64,000 nt of DNA from positions 461-64,460 of the forward strand of contig DATION010000001.1 in the NCBI GenBank assembly GCA_035473115.1, in the 5' to 3' direction. Source of the DNA: Candidatus Udaeobacter sp. Its GTDB lineage: Bacteria; Patescibacteriota; Patescibacteriia; Magasanikbacterales; GWA2-37-8. The notes under the pieces were generated by a model. That model was not told the origin of the DNA and did not search any database. It saw only the letters and a program-made list of their open reading frames with translations. The first letter of the stretch is position 1. Every line of letters begins with the position of its first letter. The translations under genes were made by a program, and so were the position numbers. Of this stretch, positions 48,632-59,045 are shown in pieces.

Positions 48632-49051
48632 ATGCAAGAAGTAACAGCCAAATTAAGATTTCTGAGAATCGGTCCGCGCAAGGTCCGGCTTATTGCTGAT
48701 ATGGTTCGAGGTAAAAAAGTAACCAAAGCCTTGGATATTTTATCGGTAATGCCAAAAAGAGCAGCGCGACCAGTTTTAAAGCTTTTAAATTCTGCTGTTG
48801 CTAATGCTAGACATAATCATTCTTTAGCTGTAGAAGATCTAAAAGTAGCTCAAATTTATGTTGATGGCGGTCCAGTATTAAAGCGTTGGATGCCAAAAGC
48901 GCACGGCCGAGCTACCCCGATTAGAGAAAGAACCAGTCATATCAATTTAGTTTTGGGAACTATGGGTGAGAAAGCTAAAAAAGAAGAACCGGTTGAAACA
49001 ATAAAAACAGTTACTGCTAAACCTAAGAAATCTAAAAAGACAGATAAATAA
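48632..49051 (+). CDS. rplV: 50S ribosomal protein L22
   Basis: PRKVRL, SAVANA, KAHGRA, TSHI. Confidence 0.98.
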   Translation: MQEVTAKLRFLRIGPRKVRLIADMVRGKKVTKALDILSVMPKRAARPVLKLLNSAVANARHNHSLAVEDLKVAQIYVDGGPVLKRWMPKAHGRATPIRERTSHINLVLGTMGEKAKKEEPVETIKTVTAKPKKSKKTDK

Positions 49052-49060
49052 TATACTATT

Positions 49061-49810
49061 ATGGGTCATAAAGTTCATCCGAAAATTCACCGCATTCCAA
49101 CCATTTATTCTTGGGACTCAAAATGGTTTGCTAAAAGAAAATCAATGCCTTTATTTTTAGAGCAAGAAGTTGGCATTAGAGATTTTTTAGTAAAAAAATT
49201 AAAGGAATCTTTGATTGATGGCATTAGCGTTGAAAGAACTCCTAAAGATTTGACCGTGTATATTTTATCCGCCAAACCGGGCACTATTATCGGCCGCGGC
49301 GGACAAGGTTTAGAAGATTTACGAAAACATATTGAAAGAAAAATTTTACAACAAAGTTTAAAAGTTAAGATAAATATTTTAGAAGTCCGCAATCCGGCTT
49401 TATCAGCTCAGATCGTGGCAAATAACGCCGCTAATGATATTGAAAAGCGTTTTCCTTTCCGCCGCGTGATGAAACAGTTAATTGAAAGAGTAATGAGTGC
49501 CGGCGCTCAGGGAGTTAAGGTTTGCATGAGCGGCCGTTTGAATGGTGTAGAAATTGCCAGAACTGAAAAATTAAGTGCTGGAAAAATGTCGCTAATTACT
49601 TTACGCAGCGATGTAGATTATGCGATTGCGGAAGCTCATACTTTGTACGGAAAAATCGGCATAAAAGTTTGGATCTATAAAGGAGAAGCTTTTAGCCGCC
49701 GTGATAAATTTGCGCAAAAAGAAGAAGATTCAAAAACAGCTGGAGCTGCTAAAGAGCCGGTAAAACACGAAAGAGCAGTCCGCAAAGCGGTGGCTGTAAA
49801 AGCAAAGTAA
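49061..49810 (+). CDS. rpsC: 30S ribosomal protein S3
   Basis: MGHKVHP, PG.IIG..G, GRLNG.EIAR, GIKVWI. Confidence 0.98.
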   Translation: MGHKVHPKIHRIPTIYSWDSKWFAKRKSMPLFLEQEVGIRDFLVKKLKESLIDGISVERTPKDLTVYILSAKPGTIIGRGGQGLEDLRKHIERKILQQSLKVKINILEVRNPALSAQIVANNAANDIEKRFPFRRVMKQLIERVMSAGAQGVKVCMSGRLNGVEIARTEKLSAGKMSLITLRSDVDYAIAEAHTLYGKIGIKVWIYKGEAFSRRDKFAQKEEDSKTAGAAKEPVKHERAVRKAVAVKAK

Positions 49811-49819
49811 AATAATTTT

Positions 49820-50233
49820 ATGTTGTTACCAAAAAAAGTATTACATAGAAAATGGCATAAGGGCCGACGCAGACAGTTGGGTGTAGCTACTCGTTCTAAT
49901 TTTGTCGCTTTTGGCGATTACGGAATTAAAAGCCAAGAGCACGGATGGATCAGCAGCCGCCAAATTGAAGCTGCTCGCCGAGTACTCACTCGTTATGTAA
50001 AAAAGGGTGGAAAGATTTGGATCCGCGTGTTTCCAGATAAGCCAATTACTAAAAAAGGCAATGAAACCCCGATGGGTGGAGGAAAAGGTTCTCCAGATCA
50101 TTATGTAACAGTAGTTAAGCCGGGTACAGTAATGTTTGAAATGGGTGGTCTACCGGAAGAAACTGCCAAAGAAGCCATCAGATTAGCCGCTTTCAAGATC
50201 GGAGTTCGTACTAAATTTGTTACTAAACACTAG
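49820..50233 (+). CDS. rplP: 50S ribosomal protein L16
   Basis: [20 protein letters not shown]. Confidence 0.98.
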   Translation: MLLPKKVLHRKWHKGRRRQLGVATRSNFVAFGDYGIKSQEHGWISSRQIEAARRVLTRYVKKGGKIWIRVFPDKPITKKGNETPMGGGKGSPDHYVTVVKPGTVMFEMGGLPEETAKEAIRLAAFKIGVRTKFVTKH

Positions 50234-50234
50234 T

Positions 50235-50459
50235 ATGCAATGGGAAGATTTAAAAAATAAAAGTGTCGCCGAGCTAAAAGAATTGTTGTCTGAAAACAGA
50301 CAGGAATTGCAGAATTTGTATTTTCAAGCTCATGGCCGACAGTTAAAGCAAGTGCATAAGATTGGCTCAATTAAAAAAGTGATTGCGCAAGTTTCTATGC
50401 TTTTACAGCAAGCTCAAAAGAGTTTGGTTAGCAAACAAGAAGTAAAGCCACGTAAATAA
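50235..50459 (+). CDS. rpmC: 50S ribosomal protein L29
   Basis: Position after rplP; DLKNKS..EL, H.I..IKK.IA. Confidence 0.9.
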   Translation: MQWEDLKNKSVAELKELLSENRQELQNLYFQAHGRQLKQVHKIGSIKKVIAQVSMLLQQAQKSLVSKQEVKPRK

Positions 50460-50542
50460 TTTTAATATATGAGAAGCATATATTCTCATTCACTCGGAAA
50501 TAGTTAAATAAATTTAACAATTTCACTCAATTCATTTCGAAT

Positions 50543-50803
50543 ATGGAAACAAAACAACCTAGTTTGAATAAAAGAAAATTTGAAGGAGAAGTAGTCTCCG
50601 TCGCCATGAGCAAAACCGTGGTTGTTCGAGTTGAAACTCTTAAAATGAATTCAAAGTACGGCAAGAGCTATAAAGTAAGCAGCCGCTACCCTGTACATGA
50701 TGAAAAAGGTGAAGCCAAATTAGGAGATAAGGTTGTATTTGTAGAATCCCGCCCAATTTCAAAAACAAAAAAATGGAGATTAGTAGAGGTTATTAAAAAG
50801 TAA
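50543..50803 (+). CDS. rpsQ: 30S ribosomal protein S17
   Basis: G.VVS..M.KTVVV, HDE, ESRPISKTK.W. Confidence 0.97.
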   Translation: METKQPSLNKRKFEGEVVSVAMSKTVVVRVETLKMNSKYGKSYKVSSRYPVHDEKGEAKLGDKVVFVESRPISKTKKWRLVEVIKK

Positions 50804-50812
50804 TTACAGAAT

Positions 50813-51184
50813 ATGATTCAACATCGCTCAATGTTACAAGTCGCAGATAATACTGGTGCAAAGAAATTACAATGCATCCGTGTTTTGGGTGGCTACAAGA
50901 AGAGATATGCCCGTCTTGGCGATATTGTTACTTGTTCTGTAAAAGAAGCTGCGCCTCACGGTTTGGTAAAGAAAGGTGAAGTTGTTCATGTGGTTCTGGT
51001 AAGAATACATAAGGAAACCCGCAGACCAGACGGCACTTATATTCGTTTTGATGACAATGCCGGTGTAATTATTGATAGAAAATCAAAAGAACCAAAAGGT
51101 ACCCGTATTTTGGGCCCGGTATCCAGAGAATTACGCACTATGGGATTTCAAAAAATTATTTCTTTAGCGCCGGAAGTGCTGTAA
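50813..51184 (+). CDS. rplN: 50S ribosomal protein L14
   Basis: [22 protein letters not shown]. Confidence 0.99.
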   Translation: MIQHRSMLQVADNTGAKKLQCIRVLGGYKKRYARLGDIVTCSVKEAAPHGLVKKGEVVHVVLVRIHKETRRPDGTYIRFDDNAGVIIDRKSKEPKGTRILGPVSRELRTMGFQKIISLAPEVL

Positions 51185-51196
51185 ATTGTAAATATT

Positions 51197-51505
51197 ATGA
51201 AAATCAAATTAAAAGATAAAGTAAAGGTAACTAGTGGAAAATATGCTGGCAAGGTTGGTCCAATTGTTCAGGTTTTTCCAAAAGAAGAGAAAGTAGTTGT
51301 TGAAGGTGTTAATATCATGAAGAAAAATTTAAAATCTGGCAAGAAAGGCGAAAAAGGCCAGTTGATAGAATTAGCCGCTCCGATGCACGTAAGCAAAGTA
51401 GCTTTGATTTGTCCAAAATGCAATTTAGAAACCAGAGTTGGTTATAAAATAGAAGGAAAAGACAAAAAGAGAATTTGCCGAAAATGTAAAGAAATAATTG
51501 ATTAG
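51197..51505 (+). CDS. rplX: 50S ribosomal protein L24 (with CxxC pairs)
   Basis: KOW region, VEGVN, CPKC...CRKC. Confidence 0.96.
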   Translation: MKIKLKDKVKVTSGKYAGKVGPIVQVFPKEEKVVVEGVNIMKKNLKSGKKGEKGQLIELAAPMHVSKVALICPKCNLETRVGYKIEGKDKKRICRKCKEIID

Positions 51506-51515
51506 CAATCATTGT

Positions 51516-52058
51516 ATGAAAGTAAACTTATACGAAAAATATAAAAAAGAAATAGTTCCTGCTTTGCAAAAAGAGTTGGGCTATAAAAACATAATGCAAG
51601 TGCCAAAGATCAAGAAGGTTGTTATTAATGCCGGTATCGGCCGTTTTGTGAAAGAGCCTCGTTATATTGATAACGTAGAAAACACTTTAAGCAAAATTAC
51701 CGGTCAAAAGCCAATGCGCACAAAATCCAAGAAATCAATTTCCAATTTTAAAATTCGTGAAGGCATGGAAATTGGTGTCGCTGTCACTTTGCGCGGCGCC
51801 AGAATGTATCAGTTCTTAGAAAAACTTGTTTCTATTACCTTGCCTCGCGTTCGCGATTTTAGAGGTTTATCCGAAAAAAGTTTTGATAAAAACGGCAATT
51901 ACACAATCGGTTTTAAAGAAAATTTAGCTTTCCCGGAAATTAAAGCGGAAGAGCTGGAAAAAATTCATGGTTTACAAATTATTATAAATACCAGTGTAAA
52001 TAATAAAGCGGAAGGAAAAGCTTTGCTAACTCATATGGGCTTTCCCTTTGTTAAATAA
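51516..52058 (+). CDS. rplE: 50S ribosomal protein L5
   Basis: ITGQKP, FKIREG, LPRVRDFRG. Confidence 0.98.
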   Translation: MKVNLYEKYKKEIVPALQKELGYKNIMQVPKIKKVVINAGIGRFVKEPRYIDNVENTLSKITGQKPMRTKSKKSISNFKIREGMEIGVAVTLRGARMYQFLEKLVSITLPRVRDFRGLSEKSFDKNGNYTIGFKENLAFPEIKAEELEKIHGLQIIINTSVNNKAEGKALLTHMGFPFVK

Positions 52059-52061
52059 TTT

Positions 52062-52247
52062 ATGGCTACCCAATCACAAATCGCAAAATCAAACAGAAAA
52101 CCAAAGTTTACCACTAGAATCGTTAGACGCTGCTGGAAATGCGGCCGTAACAGAGGCTATATGGGCGAGTTTGGATTGTGCAGAATTTGTTTCCGCGAAC
52201 TAGCTAATCAGGGCAAGATTCCAGGAATCAGAAAAGCTAGCTGGTAA
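52062..52247 (+). CDS. rpsZ: 30S ribosomal protein S14 type Z
   Basis: RCWKCGR, LCRICFRE, KASW; 61 aa. Confidence 0.97.
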   Translation: MATQSQIAKSNRKPKFTTRIVRRCWKCGRNRGYMGEFGLCRICFRELANQGKIPGIRKASW

Positions 52248-52289
52248 TTTAAAATTTTATTTAATAAGTTAATAACTAATAAGACTACA

Positions 52290-52309
52290 CCTGCCTGCCG
52301 GTAGGCAGG
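52290..52309. repeat. 20-bp GC-rich palindromic REP-like element
   Basis: CCTGCCTGCCGGTAGGCAGG in an AT-rich spacer. Confidence 0.6.
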
Positions 52310-52330
52310 AGCTAATAAGCTAATATCTCT

Positions 52331-52720
52331 ATGATGACGGATCCAATCGCTGACATGTTAACTAGAATACGCAATGCCTCCTTGATATATAAGAAAGAGG
52401 TGTCTCTTCCTTATTCTAAGATAAAGCTGGGTATTGCCAATATTTTGGTTAAGCACGGATATTTGGAAAAAGCGGAAGAAAAGAAAGATATTCATCCTTA
52501 TATTTTGTTGACCTTAAAATTCAACAGCGGCATGCCGGCTATAACCGAAATTAAGAGAATTAGTAAACCTGGTCATAGAAAATATATCAAGAAGGATGAT
52601 ATTGATGCTGTTTTGAGTGGATTTGGCGTAGCGATTTTATCAACTCCTAAAGGATTGCTTACTAATGATGAAGCCAGAAAGCAGCAAGTAGGAGGAGAGT
52701 TAATTTGCGAGGTATATTAA
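52331..52720 (+). CDS. rpsH: 30S ribosomal protein S8
   Basis: DPIADMLTRIRN, SKPG, STPKG, GGE. Confidence 0.98.
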   Translation: MMTDPIADMLTRIRNASLIYKKEVSLPYSKIKLGIANILVKHGYLEKAEEKKDIHPYILLTLKFNSGMPAITEIKRISKPGHRKYIKKDDIDAVLSGFGVAILSTPKGLLTNDEARKQQVGGELICEVY

Positions 52721-52748
52721 TCTTTGATGAAGTGATAAAATAAACTAT

Positions 52749-53300
52749 ATGTCCAGAATAGGTAAAAAAAATATAACTATCCCAGCCGGTGTTACCGCTG
52801 GAGTAGAAAAAAACGAAGTTTATGTTAAGGGTCCAAAGGGCGAATTAAGATTGGCTTTGCATCCTAGAGTTACGGTTGCTTTTGAACAAAATGTAATTAC
52901 TGTTTCTGTAATCAGCGAAAACAACAAGCAGGATCGTTCTCTATGGGGAACTTTTTCCAGCTTGATTGCCAGTATGGTAAAGGGTGTTACCGAAGGATTT
53001 AAAAAACAATTGGAAATAAACGGAGTTGGTTATAAAGCCGGCATGAAAGGAACTAACCTTATTTTGGAAGTTGGTTTTTCTCACCCGGTAGAAGTTAAAC
53101 CAGTAGCCGGAGTAAAATTTGCGGTAGAAAAAAATGTCATTACAGTTGAAGGAGCCGACAAACAGCTGGTTGGTGAGATGGCCGCTCAGATTAGAAAAGT
53201 GAAAAAACCAGAACCTTATAAAGGCAAAGGTATTAAATATATAACCGAAGTTGTGCGTCGCAAAGCTGGTAAGACAGCTGCTAAGGGCGCTGCGGCTTAA
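52749..53300 (+). CDS. rplF: 50S ribosomal protein L6
   Basis: MSRIGK, GVGY, PEPYKGKG. Confidence 0.98.
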   Translation: MSRIGKKNITIPAGVTAGVEKNEVYVKGPKGELRLALHPRVTVAFEQNVITVSVISENNKQDRSLWGTFSSLIASMVKGVTEGFKKQLEINGVGYKAGMKGTNLILEVGFSHPVEVKPVAGVKFAVEKNVITVEGADKQLVGEMAAQIRKVKKPEPYKGKGIKYITEVVRRKAGKTAAKGAAA

Positions 53301-53314
53301 AATTATCCACTTAT

Positions 53315-53689
53315 ATGAAAAGATTGTTTAATAAAAACAAAAGCACCTTGCGTCAAATTAGACATATTCGGGTTCGCAAAACTTTGATTGGCACAGCCGC
53401 TGAACCAAGACTGTCTGTTTTTCGCAGTTTAAAAGGCATGACTGTTCAGTTGATTGATGATAACACTGGCAAGACTTTGTGCGCCGCCAATGCTCAGGAA
53501 ATAAAAGAAAAGAAATCAGCTGATAAAACTCATAAAGTAGCGGTCAGTTATTTGTTGGGTAAATTATTGGCTGAAAAAGCAAAAACTAAAGGAATTAGTC
53601 AGGTAAAGTTTGATCGCGGCGGTTATAAATATCATGGACGCGTAAAAGCTTTGGCTGATGGCGCTCGTGAAGGCGGTTTAGTTTTTTAA
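53315..53689 (+). CDS. rplR: 50S ribosomal protein L18
   Basis: PRLSVFRS, FDRGGYKYHGRV. Confidence 0.98.
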   Translation: MKRLFNKNKSTLRQIRHIRVRKTLIGTAAEPRLSVFRSLKGMTVQLIDDNTGKTLCAANAQEIKEKKSADKTHKVAVSYLLGKLLAEKAKTKGISQVKFDRGGYKYHGRVKALADGAREGGLVF

Positions 53690-53712
53690 ACTAATATTAA
53701 GCAATTTGTAGT

Positions 53713-54198
53713 ATGAGTAAACCAATGGGAAGAAGAAATGATAAGCCGAAAGAAAAACCTGAATTTGATCAGTATGTTTTAGATTTGGCTCGTGTTACCA
53801 GAGTAACTAAGGGCGGAAAGCATATGAGTTTCCGCGCTTGTATTATTTTAGGTGATCGTCGCGGCCGAGTTGGCTTTGGTTTAGCCAAAGGAAAAGATGT
53901 GCAGATCGGTGTAGAAAAAGCTGTTCATCAAGCCAAAAAGCATATGATCACAGTACCGATTGTGAATGGAACTATTCCTCATGCTATTATTTACAAATTT
54001 AAAGCAGCTACTGTATTTTTGAAGCCAGCGCCGCAAGGATCCGGTATTATTGCCGGCGGAGCTGTTCGCGCTATGTTGGAATTAGCCGGCATACCAAATG
54101 TCTCTTCTAAAATTTTAGGTAAAACAAAAAATAAAGTTACTATTGTTAAAGCCGCTTTCAACGCTTTGCAATTATTTAAAAAAGGATCAGAAAAATAG
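53713..54198 (+). CDS. rpsE: 30S ribosomal protein S5
   Basis: RVTRVTKGG, PAP.GSGIIAGG. Confidence 0.98.
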   Translation: MSKPMGRRNDKPKEKPEFDQYVLDLARVTRVTKGGKHMSFRACIILGDRRGRVGFGLAKGKDVQIGVEKAVHQAKKHMITVPIVNGTIPHAIIYKFKAATVFLKPAPQGSGIIAGGAVRAMLELAGIPNVSSKILGKTKNKVTIVKAAFNALQLFKKGSEK

Positions 54199-54233
54199 AT
54201 TGTTTATAGCGTACCGTTTAATTAAAAATTCTT

Positions 54234-54674
54234 ATGACTCTACACGTACACACAATTAAACCGGCCAAAGGCTCAAAAAAACCAAAGAAAATTTTGGGCA
54301 GAGGCAACGCGTCTGGACACGGTACTACCGCCACTAGAGGTGGAAAGGGTCAAACCGCCAGATCCGGAGGCAGCCAGGGAACTCGCCGCCGCGGTTTTAA
54401 ATTCCAATTGCAATCAACTCCAAAATTACGCGGCTTTACCAGCTTAGAGAACAAGCCGGCCGAAGTATACTTAACCGACTTAGAACAGTCTTTTCAAGCC
54501 GGTGAAGTTGTCAATTTAGCTTCCTTAAAAGAAAAGAAATTGATCAGCGCCAGAGCCAAAGCAGCCAAAATTTTGTCAACCGGAGAAATAACTAAAAAAT
54601 TGGTTATTGAAGGAGTTGCTAGTTCTGCTAGCGCTGCCGACAAAATTAAAGCTGTAGGCGGAGAAATAAAATAG
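54234..54674 (+). CDS. rplO: 50S ribosomal protein L15
   Basis: GRG..SGHG....RGGKGQ.ARSG. Confidence 0.97.
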   Translation: MTLHVHTIKPAKGSKKPKKILGRGNASGHGTTATRGGKGQTARSGGSQGTRRRGFKFQLQSTPKLRGFTSLENKPAEVYLTDLEQSFQAGEVVNLASLKEKKLISARAKAAKILSTGEITKKLVIEGVASSASAADKIKAVGGEIK

Positions 54675-54703
54675 CTTTCTTAATTAGCTGTTAATCCTTT
54701 ACT

Positions 54704-55978
54704 ATGTTGGAAAAATTGCAGCAAGTTTGGGGGATAAAAGAGATTAGAAATAAAATTTTGTATGTACTGGGAATGCTGGTAATTTTTAGATTAACCGCTC
54801 ATATTCCTATTCCTGGAATTAACTTAAATAATTTACGACAATTTTTGGCTGGTAATCAGATATTCGGTTTGTTAGATGTTTTTTCCGGCGGCACAATGAA
54901 GAATTTTTCCATCGTCATGTTAGGTGTCGGTCCATATATTACTTCTTCCATTATATTTCAATTGTTAGCCATGATTGTACCAAAATTAGAGGAGCTCTCT
55001 AAAGAAGGCGAGTCAGGACAGCAAAAAATAAATACTTACACCAGATTGCTTACCGTACCATTGGCATTTTTACAGTCTTACGGCACTATAAAATTATTAA
55101 ATAGATCATCTTTGCCAATTATTACCGATTTGTCAGCATTCCGCTTAATCGCGATCATGATGACTATCACTGCCGGCACAATGTTTTTAATGTGGATCGG
55201 TGAGCTTATTTCTGAACAGAAAGTCGGCAACGGTGTTTCCCTTTTGATCTTTGCCGGTATTGCTGCCAGTTTGCCAGGTGGTTTGCGCAATCTTTTGTTG
55301 AATTATAATTCAGCTGATTTCTTTACCTTTGTTTTATTTGCCGGCGTGGCTATTTTAACAATAGTGGGAGTTGTATTTATCAATGAAGGCCAGAGAAATA
55401 TTCCGGTAAATTACGCCAAACAAGTCAGAGGCAATCACATCCAAGGCGGTGGCAGTACTCATTTGCCATTACGCGTAAATATGTCCGGTGTTATACCTAT
55501 CATCTTCGCCATTTCTTTGATTTTATTTCCATCACTGATCGCTCAATTTTTTACTCAAGCTAGAACTCCTTGGTTGGCAAATTTGGCGGTTCATGTTATT
55601 AGTTTGTTCCAGAATCAGTTATTCTATGGAATACTGTACTTCTTGTTAGTGTTTGGCTTTACTTATTTTTATACCGCCGTCATCTTCCATCCGCAAAAAA
55701 TGGCCGAGAATTTACAGAAACAGGGCGGTTTTATTCCTGGTATTCGTCCGGGTACAGAAACCGAAAAGTATCTTGGTCAAACCATGAATAGAATTAATCT
55801 TACTGGCGCATTATTTTTGGGGGTTATCGCTATCTTGCCATTACTGGTTCAATATTTTATGGGTACCAAAAGTTTGGCTATTGGTGGTACCAGCTTACTA
55901 ATCGTAGTATCGGTTGCCATAGAAACAGCTAAACAGATAGATGCTCAGATAACAATGCATGCTTACGATACGGTCTAG
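54704..55978 (+). CDS. secY: Preprotein translocase SecY
   Basis: LGVGPYITSSI, GNGVSL, FIPGIRPG, GGTSLLIVV. Confidence 0.99.
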   Translation: MLEKLQQVWGIKEIRNKILYVLGMLVIFRLTAHIPIPGINLNNLRQFLAGNQIFGLLDVFSGGTMKNFSIVMLGVGPYITSSIIFQLLAMIVPKLEELSKEGESGQQKINTYTRLLTVPLAFLQSYGTIKLLNRSSLPIITDLSAFRLIAIMMTITAGTMFLMWIGELISEQKVGNGVSLLIFAGIAASLPGGLRNLLLNYNSADFFTFVLFAGVAILTIVGVVFINEGQRNIPVNYAKQVRGNHIQGGGSTHLPLRVNMSGVIPIIFAISLILFPSLIAQFFTQARTPWLANLAVHVISLFQNQLFYGILYFLLVFGFTYFYTAVIFHPQKMAENLQKQGGFIPGIRPGTETEKYLGQTMNRINLTGALFLGVIAILPLLVQYFMGTKSLAIGGTSLLIVVSVAIETAKQIDAQITMHAYDTV

Positions 55979-56156
55979 TGTAGATTTTCATTTCTCTCGC
56001 TTTATGATGCAAAATAAAAAAATTACAACTTGGTCTGGCTTTACTTCTTCTGCCTTTTCGTTCCGATCGAGAGGGTAGGCTTTGAAATTCTTCAAGTCTT
56101 CGAAATCTGCCCTGCTCGGGCGGATTTTTTGTTACCAACAACCAAAGAGGTGTGTC

Positions 56157-56933
56157 ATGCCAGATATGCTATCTCTCACTGATTATAGATGGACTAGCAG
56201 AGATTTTAGTTGGGTATTTGAGTTTTTGCCTGGGTCTCCAGTAATTATGACTGTACCGCACGATCGGGGTTTTTCTCATTTTGATTTGCTTGGTTTTCTA
56301 GAACCTAGAAAAGATGGTGTTAAAGGTAGAGATAAGCATGTTTGGCCAATAGCAAAAGATATAATGTCAAAATTTGGTATTAATGCTGTGCGAGGACTTT
56401 TTCCACGTCATTTTATAGATTATAATCGTTCCCCACAAGGTATTAATTATTACCCACTTTCGCAAAAGAAAGCGCAAACTGCTTTTGATGACGAGTCATT
56501 ACAGCCGATTTATGATGTTTATCATGAAGCAGTGGCTGATCTTATTATGAAATCTATATTAAAGTATGGAAAAGAAAGATGCTTGCTAATTGATCTGCAT
56601 GGGTTTACTACTCAGCCTCCATATGGAGATTATGATCTTATTTTTGGAACTGGCAATCGAGTTACCATTAATAATTCAAGTATCGATCAGCTGCTAGCTG
56701 ATTTCTTTTCAGCTCGAGGTTATAAGGTTTTTTTGCCTTTGCCAGCCTCTATGGGGCCTCTAGAGGATTGGTATAGTGCAGACTTTACAACTCGGCATTA
56801 TGCGCAAAGATTTGGTATTGATGCTATCCAAATTGAGGTAGCTAAAAGATTTAGAACAGAAGAGGGGGTAGATGCCGGTCGAAGATTATCAGTTGATTTT
56901 GCTGAGTTTTTTAGGTCTAATTTTAATCTATAA
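56157..56933 (+). CDS. N-formylglutamate amidohydrolase-like protein
   Basis: TVPH, R.FIDYNR, YH, LIDLHG, AIQIE; ATG 56157 with GAGG SD. Confidence 0.8.
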   Translation: MPDMLSLTDYRWTSRDFSWVFEFLPGSPVIMTVPHDRGFSHFDLLGFLEPRKDGVKGRDKHVWPIAKDIMSKFGINAVRGLFPRHFIDYNRSPQGINYYPLSQKKAQTAFDDESLQPIYDVYHEAVADLIMKSILKYGKERCLLIDLHGFTTQPPYGDYDLIFGTGNRVTINNSSIDQLLADFFSARGYKVFLPLPASMGPLEDWYSADFTTRHYAQRFGIDAIQIEVAKRFRTEEGVDAGRRLSVDFAEFFRSNFNL

Positions 56934-57170
56934 ATTGTTCTTTTATTTAATTAGGTCCAATGTTAGTAATCCATTGGACCTTCTAGTTGATTTTTAGGTA
57001 GTAACATCAAAAGCATGAGGGGGATTGAAAAAAGTTTGGTAAAATGTTAGTATAGCAAGCGCTATTATTTGTTTTTATATAGATTTATTATATGGGCTAA
57101 AAAGCCCATATAAACTTATTCGTTCGAAAATATCTTGGCAAGCCAGATATTTCCCTCACTCATTTCGTTT

Positions 57171-57833
57171 ATGAAAAAGATAATTATCATGATTGGTCCG
57201 CCCGGTTCTGGCAAGGGAACTCAGGCTAAAAAGATTGCTGCTAAGTATGGCTATCAGCATATTTCTACCGGTGATTTATTGCGCGCTTTGACCAAAAAAA
57301 CCGATCTCAGTGCCTTGGAAAAAGAAGCTGCCGACAAGATGAAATCAGGAGAACTTGTATCTGATAGTTTGATTTATAAATTAGCTTTCAGCGAGATTGA
57401 AAAAAGTTTAGCTAAAGGAATGGGAGTAGTGCTGGATGGAGCAATCCGCAATTTAGAGCAGGCGCAAAATTTTCAAAATTTTTTTAAAGAAAAAGATTTG
57501 AGTGAAGAAGTTTTAGCTTTAGAAATTAGTTTAAGTGATGAAGATTCTTTTAATAGACTAACTAAGCGTCGCATTTGTACAGCTTGCGGAGAAATAGTTC
57601 CTTGGCTGCCTAGTACAGAAAGTTTAACAGCTTGTCCAAAATGCGGAGGAAAATTAGAGACCAGACATGATGATGATCCAAAAGTTATCAAAGAAAGAAT
57701 TAAAAAACAAGGCAACGATGCTCTGAGTCCGATAATAAATTTTTATCAGGATTTAGGCGTATTAAAAAAAGTTGATGGCAACCAAACGATTGAAGATGTA
57801 GAAAAGGGTATTACGGATATTTTACAATTTTAA
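57171..57833 (+). CDS. adk: Adenylate kinase (zinc-lid type)
   Basis: GPPGSGKGTQA, HISTGDLLR, LDG..R, CxxC...CxxC lid. Confidence 0.95.
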   Translation: MKKIIIMIGPPGSGKGTQAKKIAAKYGYQHISTGDLLRALTKKTDLSALEKEAADKMKSGELVSDSLIYKLAFSEIEKSLAKGMGVVLDGAIRNLEQAQNFQNFFKEKDLSEEVLALEISLSDEDSFNRLTKRRICTACGEIVPWLPSTESLTACPKCGGKLETRHDDDPKVIKERIKKQGNDALSPIINFYQDLGVLKKVDGNQTIEDVEKGITDILQF

Positions 57834-57837
57834 ATTT

Positions 57838-58644
57838 ATGTTAATAAAAACCCCTCAGGAAATAAAATTAATAAAAGAAGGCGGCCAAATTATGGGCCGT
57901 ATTTTGGATGATTTGGCAAAAATGGTCCGACCGGGGATGTCTACTTGGGAAGTAGATCAAGCGGCTGAAAAAATGATTATTGAAGCTGGCGGTCGGCCAG
58001 CGTTTAAGGGTTATAAAAGCAGACCATCAGATGTTCCTTTTCCAAGCACAATTTGCGCCTCAGTGAATGAAGAGTTGGTGCATGGTATTGCCAAAAAAGA
58101 TAAAATTTTAAAAAATGGCGATATTTTTACAATTGATATTGGTATGGAGTGGCCGTACAAAGGTAAAAAAGAAGCCGAAGGTTATTATACTGATACTGCC
58201 CTGACAATTCCAATTGGCAAAGTTGCGCCCAAAACAATGGAACTTTTACAGGTTACGCATGACTCTTTAGAAGCCGGAATTAAAGCTATTAAACCGGGCA
58301 ATACTATTGCTGATATAGGCAAGGCGATTGAAGATTATATTAAATCTCATGGTAAATATGGTATTGTGAGAGATTTGGTTGGTCATGGTGTTGGCCACGC
58401 GGTTCATGAAGAGCCAAGGATACCAAATTTTTATGATCGAAGTTTGGACTATATTGTTATTAAACCGGGAATGGTTTTGGCTATTGAACCAATGGTTTCT
58501 TTGGGCGGCTGGAGAGTAGTAACCGCTAATGATGGCTGGACAATTTCTATGGCTGATAACTCTTTGTCAGCTCACTTTGAGCATACAATTGTGGTAACAA
58601 AAAGCGGCAATGTGGTGGTTACCAGAAGACCGAGCGAATTATAA
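57838..58644 (+). CDS. map: Methionine aminopeptidase type I
   Basis: SVN...HG, DIG, D.A, GHGVG..HEEP, EPM, HFEHT. Confidence 0.97.
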   Translation: MLIKTPQEIKLIKEGGQIMGRILDDLAKMVRPGMSTWEVDQAAEKMIIEAGGRPAFKGYKSRPSDVPFPSTICASVNEELVHGIAKKDKILKNGDIFTIDIGMEWPYKGKKEAEGYYTDTALTIPIGKVAPKTMELLQVTHDSLEAGIKAIKPGNTIADIGKAIEDYIKSHGKYGIVRDLVGHGVGHAVHEEPRIPNFYDRSLDYIVIKPGMVLAIEPMVSLGGWRVVTANDGWTISMADNSLSAHFEHTIVVTKSGNVVVTRRPSEL

Positions 58645-58661
58645 AGTTTATAAAGAGCGGT

Positions 58662-59042
58662 ATGAATATTTTGGCCATAGATTATGGCAGTAAAAATATT
58701 GGTTTGGCGCGTACTTCGACCAGTGTCGACGTGGTACTACCTTTTGGTAGGCTTGAAAATAAAAACGCAGATTTTGTTAAACAAAAATTAATTGAGACGA
58801 TAACTAAAGAAAAAATAGATAAACTGGTGGTTGGTTTGCCATTTGGTTTAGATGGGACTGAAAATAAAAATACGGAACGGATAAGAGATTTTATTGATGA
58901 TCTGAAAAAACAAATTGATATTCCAATTGAGTTTGTGACTGAAGTTTTTTCTTCTCAAGCCGGAGATAGAATGGGTGCGGGTGTAAGCCGAGACGAAAAA
59001 GCTGCCATGATAATTTTGCAAAATTATTTGGTTAAAAGATGA
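58662..59042 (+). CDS. ruvX: YqgF/RuvX family nuclease
   Basis: LAIDYG.K.IGLA, VVGLP, E..SS, D..AA..IL. Confidence 0.92.
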   Translation: MNILAIDYGSKNIGLARTSTSVDVVLPFGRLENKNADFVKQKLIETITKEKIDKLVVGLPFGLDGTENKNTERIRDFIDDLKKQIDIPIEFVTEVFSSQAGDRMGAGVSRDEKAAMIILQNYLVKR

Positions 59043-59045
59043 AAT

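Noticed and set aside
54198-54234. Missing rpmD (uL30) as a novelty
   Set aside because: Absence of uL30 is an established CPR trait; used only as a taxonomic clue
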